Part shown: in pieces, positions 63,571 through 64,000 of the stretch
How positions within the stretch are numbered: the stretch's first letter is position 1
How the letters are laid out: every line of letters starts with the position of its first letter
Origin: Amoebidium appalachense
Taxonomy: Eukaryota > Protista > Ichthyosporea
Length of the DNA: 64,000 nucleotides
Assembly (NCBI GenBank): GCA_963693365.1
Contig: CAVNZM010000007.1
Coordinates: 5,329,962 to 5,393,961, forward strand
Direction: 5' to 3'
Notes under the pieces: generated by a model
What the model was told of the DNA's origin: nothing
What the model saw: only the letters and a program-made list of their open reading frames with translations
Database searches by the model: none
Position numbers and translations under genes: made by a program

Positions 63571-64000
63571 CCGCCCTCCAGCCACTTGGCTGAACCGTGC
63601 CAGAAACAGAATAAAGGGCCATAAAAGGTTTCAAAAACTCTGAAATAAGCGAATTCCTCTCCTTCTCTGAAGTATAATATTAAAAAAGGTTTCCTTTTCC
63701 GCCTGAGGAATTGAAAAATCGGTGGGTACCCCACAAATGATGGTATGCAGGGGGCTAAGAACAAAGACTATCCAACCGCCAGCTCCACACCCGAACATGC
63801 ACCAACCTGATGCTTATAAAAGAAATACGCTACAAACCTACACTTTCGAGCCCTTCTTTTGGCACTATTCTAGCACCACACGGCTTGTTTCTCAGTCCAA
63901 ACCGTGTGCACAAACGAGCATGGCCAAACGAAACCGCCCCCAAAGCGCACACAGCCTCAGTGCCTGTGGAGACAAGACGGTGACGCGCGCCCGCCTACAG

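Overview
This is eukaryotic nuclear DNA; a unicellular holozoan/opisthokont-like origin is an inference from gene content. Most ORFs in the six-frame track are artefacts of long poly-G/poly-C tracts and (CA)n/(GT)n/(GA)n microsatellites. Manual splicing gives three intron-rich conserved genes: serine palmitoyltransferase subunit 1 (LCB1/SPTLC1, 14 exons, 6015-18917 +), an atypical heterotrimeric G-alpha (9 exons, 24007-35074 -), and a class IIa HDAC (HDAC4/5/7/9-like, at least 13 exons, 49406-59915 -, with possible further 5' exons at 62746-63570). Between them lie intronless genes: two F-box/LRR genes, an RNF41/RNF151-like RING-TRAF E3 with a C-terminal TM segment, a disrupted fasciclin (FAS1) gene, and an inverted pair of 5'-truncated choloylglycine-hydrolase-family fragments. 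Four observations stand out. (1) A family of short non-autonomous elements (at least 12 copies, at least 2 subfamilies) sits at G/C homopolymer tracts in a fixed orientation, with one fixed end, variable truncation of the other end, one clear TSD and a covarying RNA hairpin core; it is a candidate poly(G)-targeted retroelement system. (2) The class IIa HDAC keeps its structural CCHC zinc site, an MEF2-binding-like helix and an NES-like tail, but almost all catalytic residues are substituted (pseudo-deacetylase). (3) Many 3' splice sites lack a U-rich polypyrimidine tract and follow (CA)n or even A27, and several introns carry complementary GT/G and CA/C blocks at opposite ends. (4) The G-alpha carries GSADSGKST and DVAGQK motifs. 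Single extra G bases in short exonic G-runs point to homopolymer assembly errors, so tract lengths and frameshifts need read-level checks.
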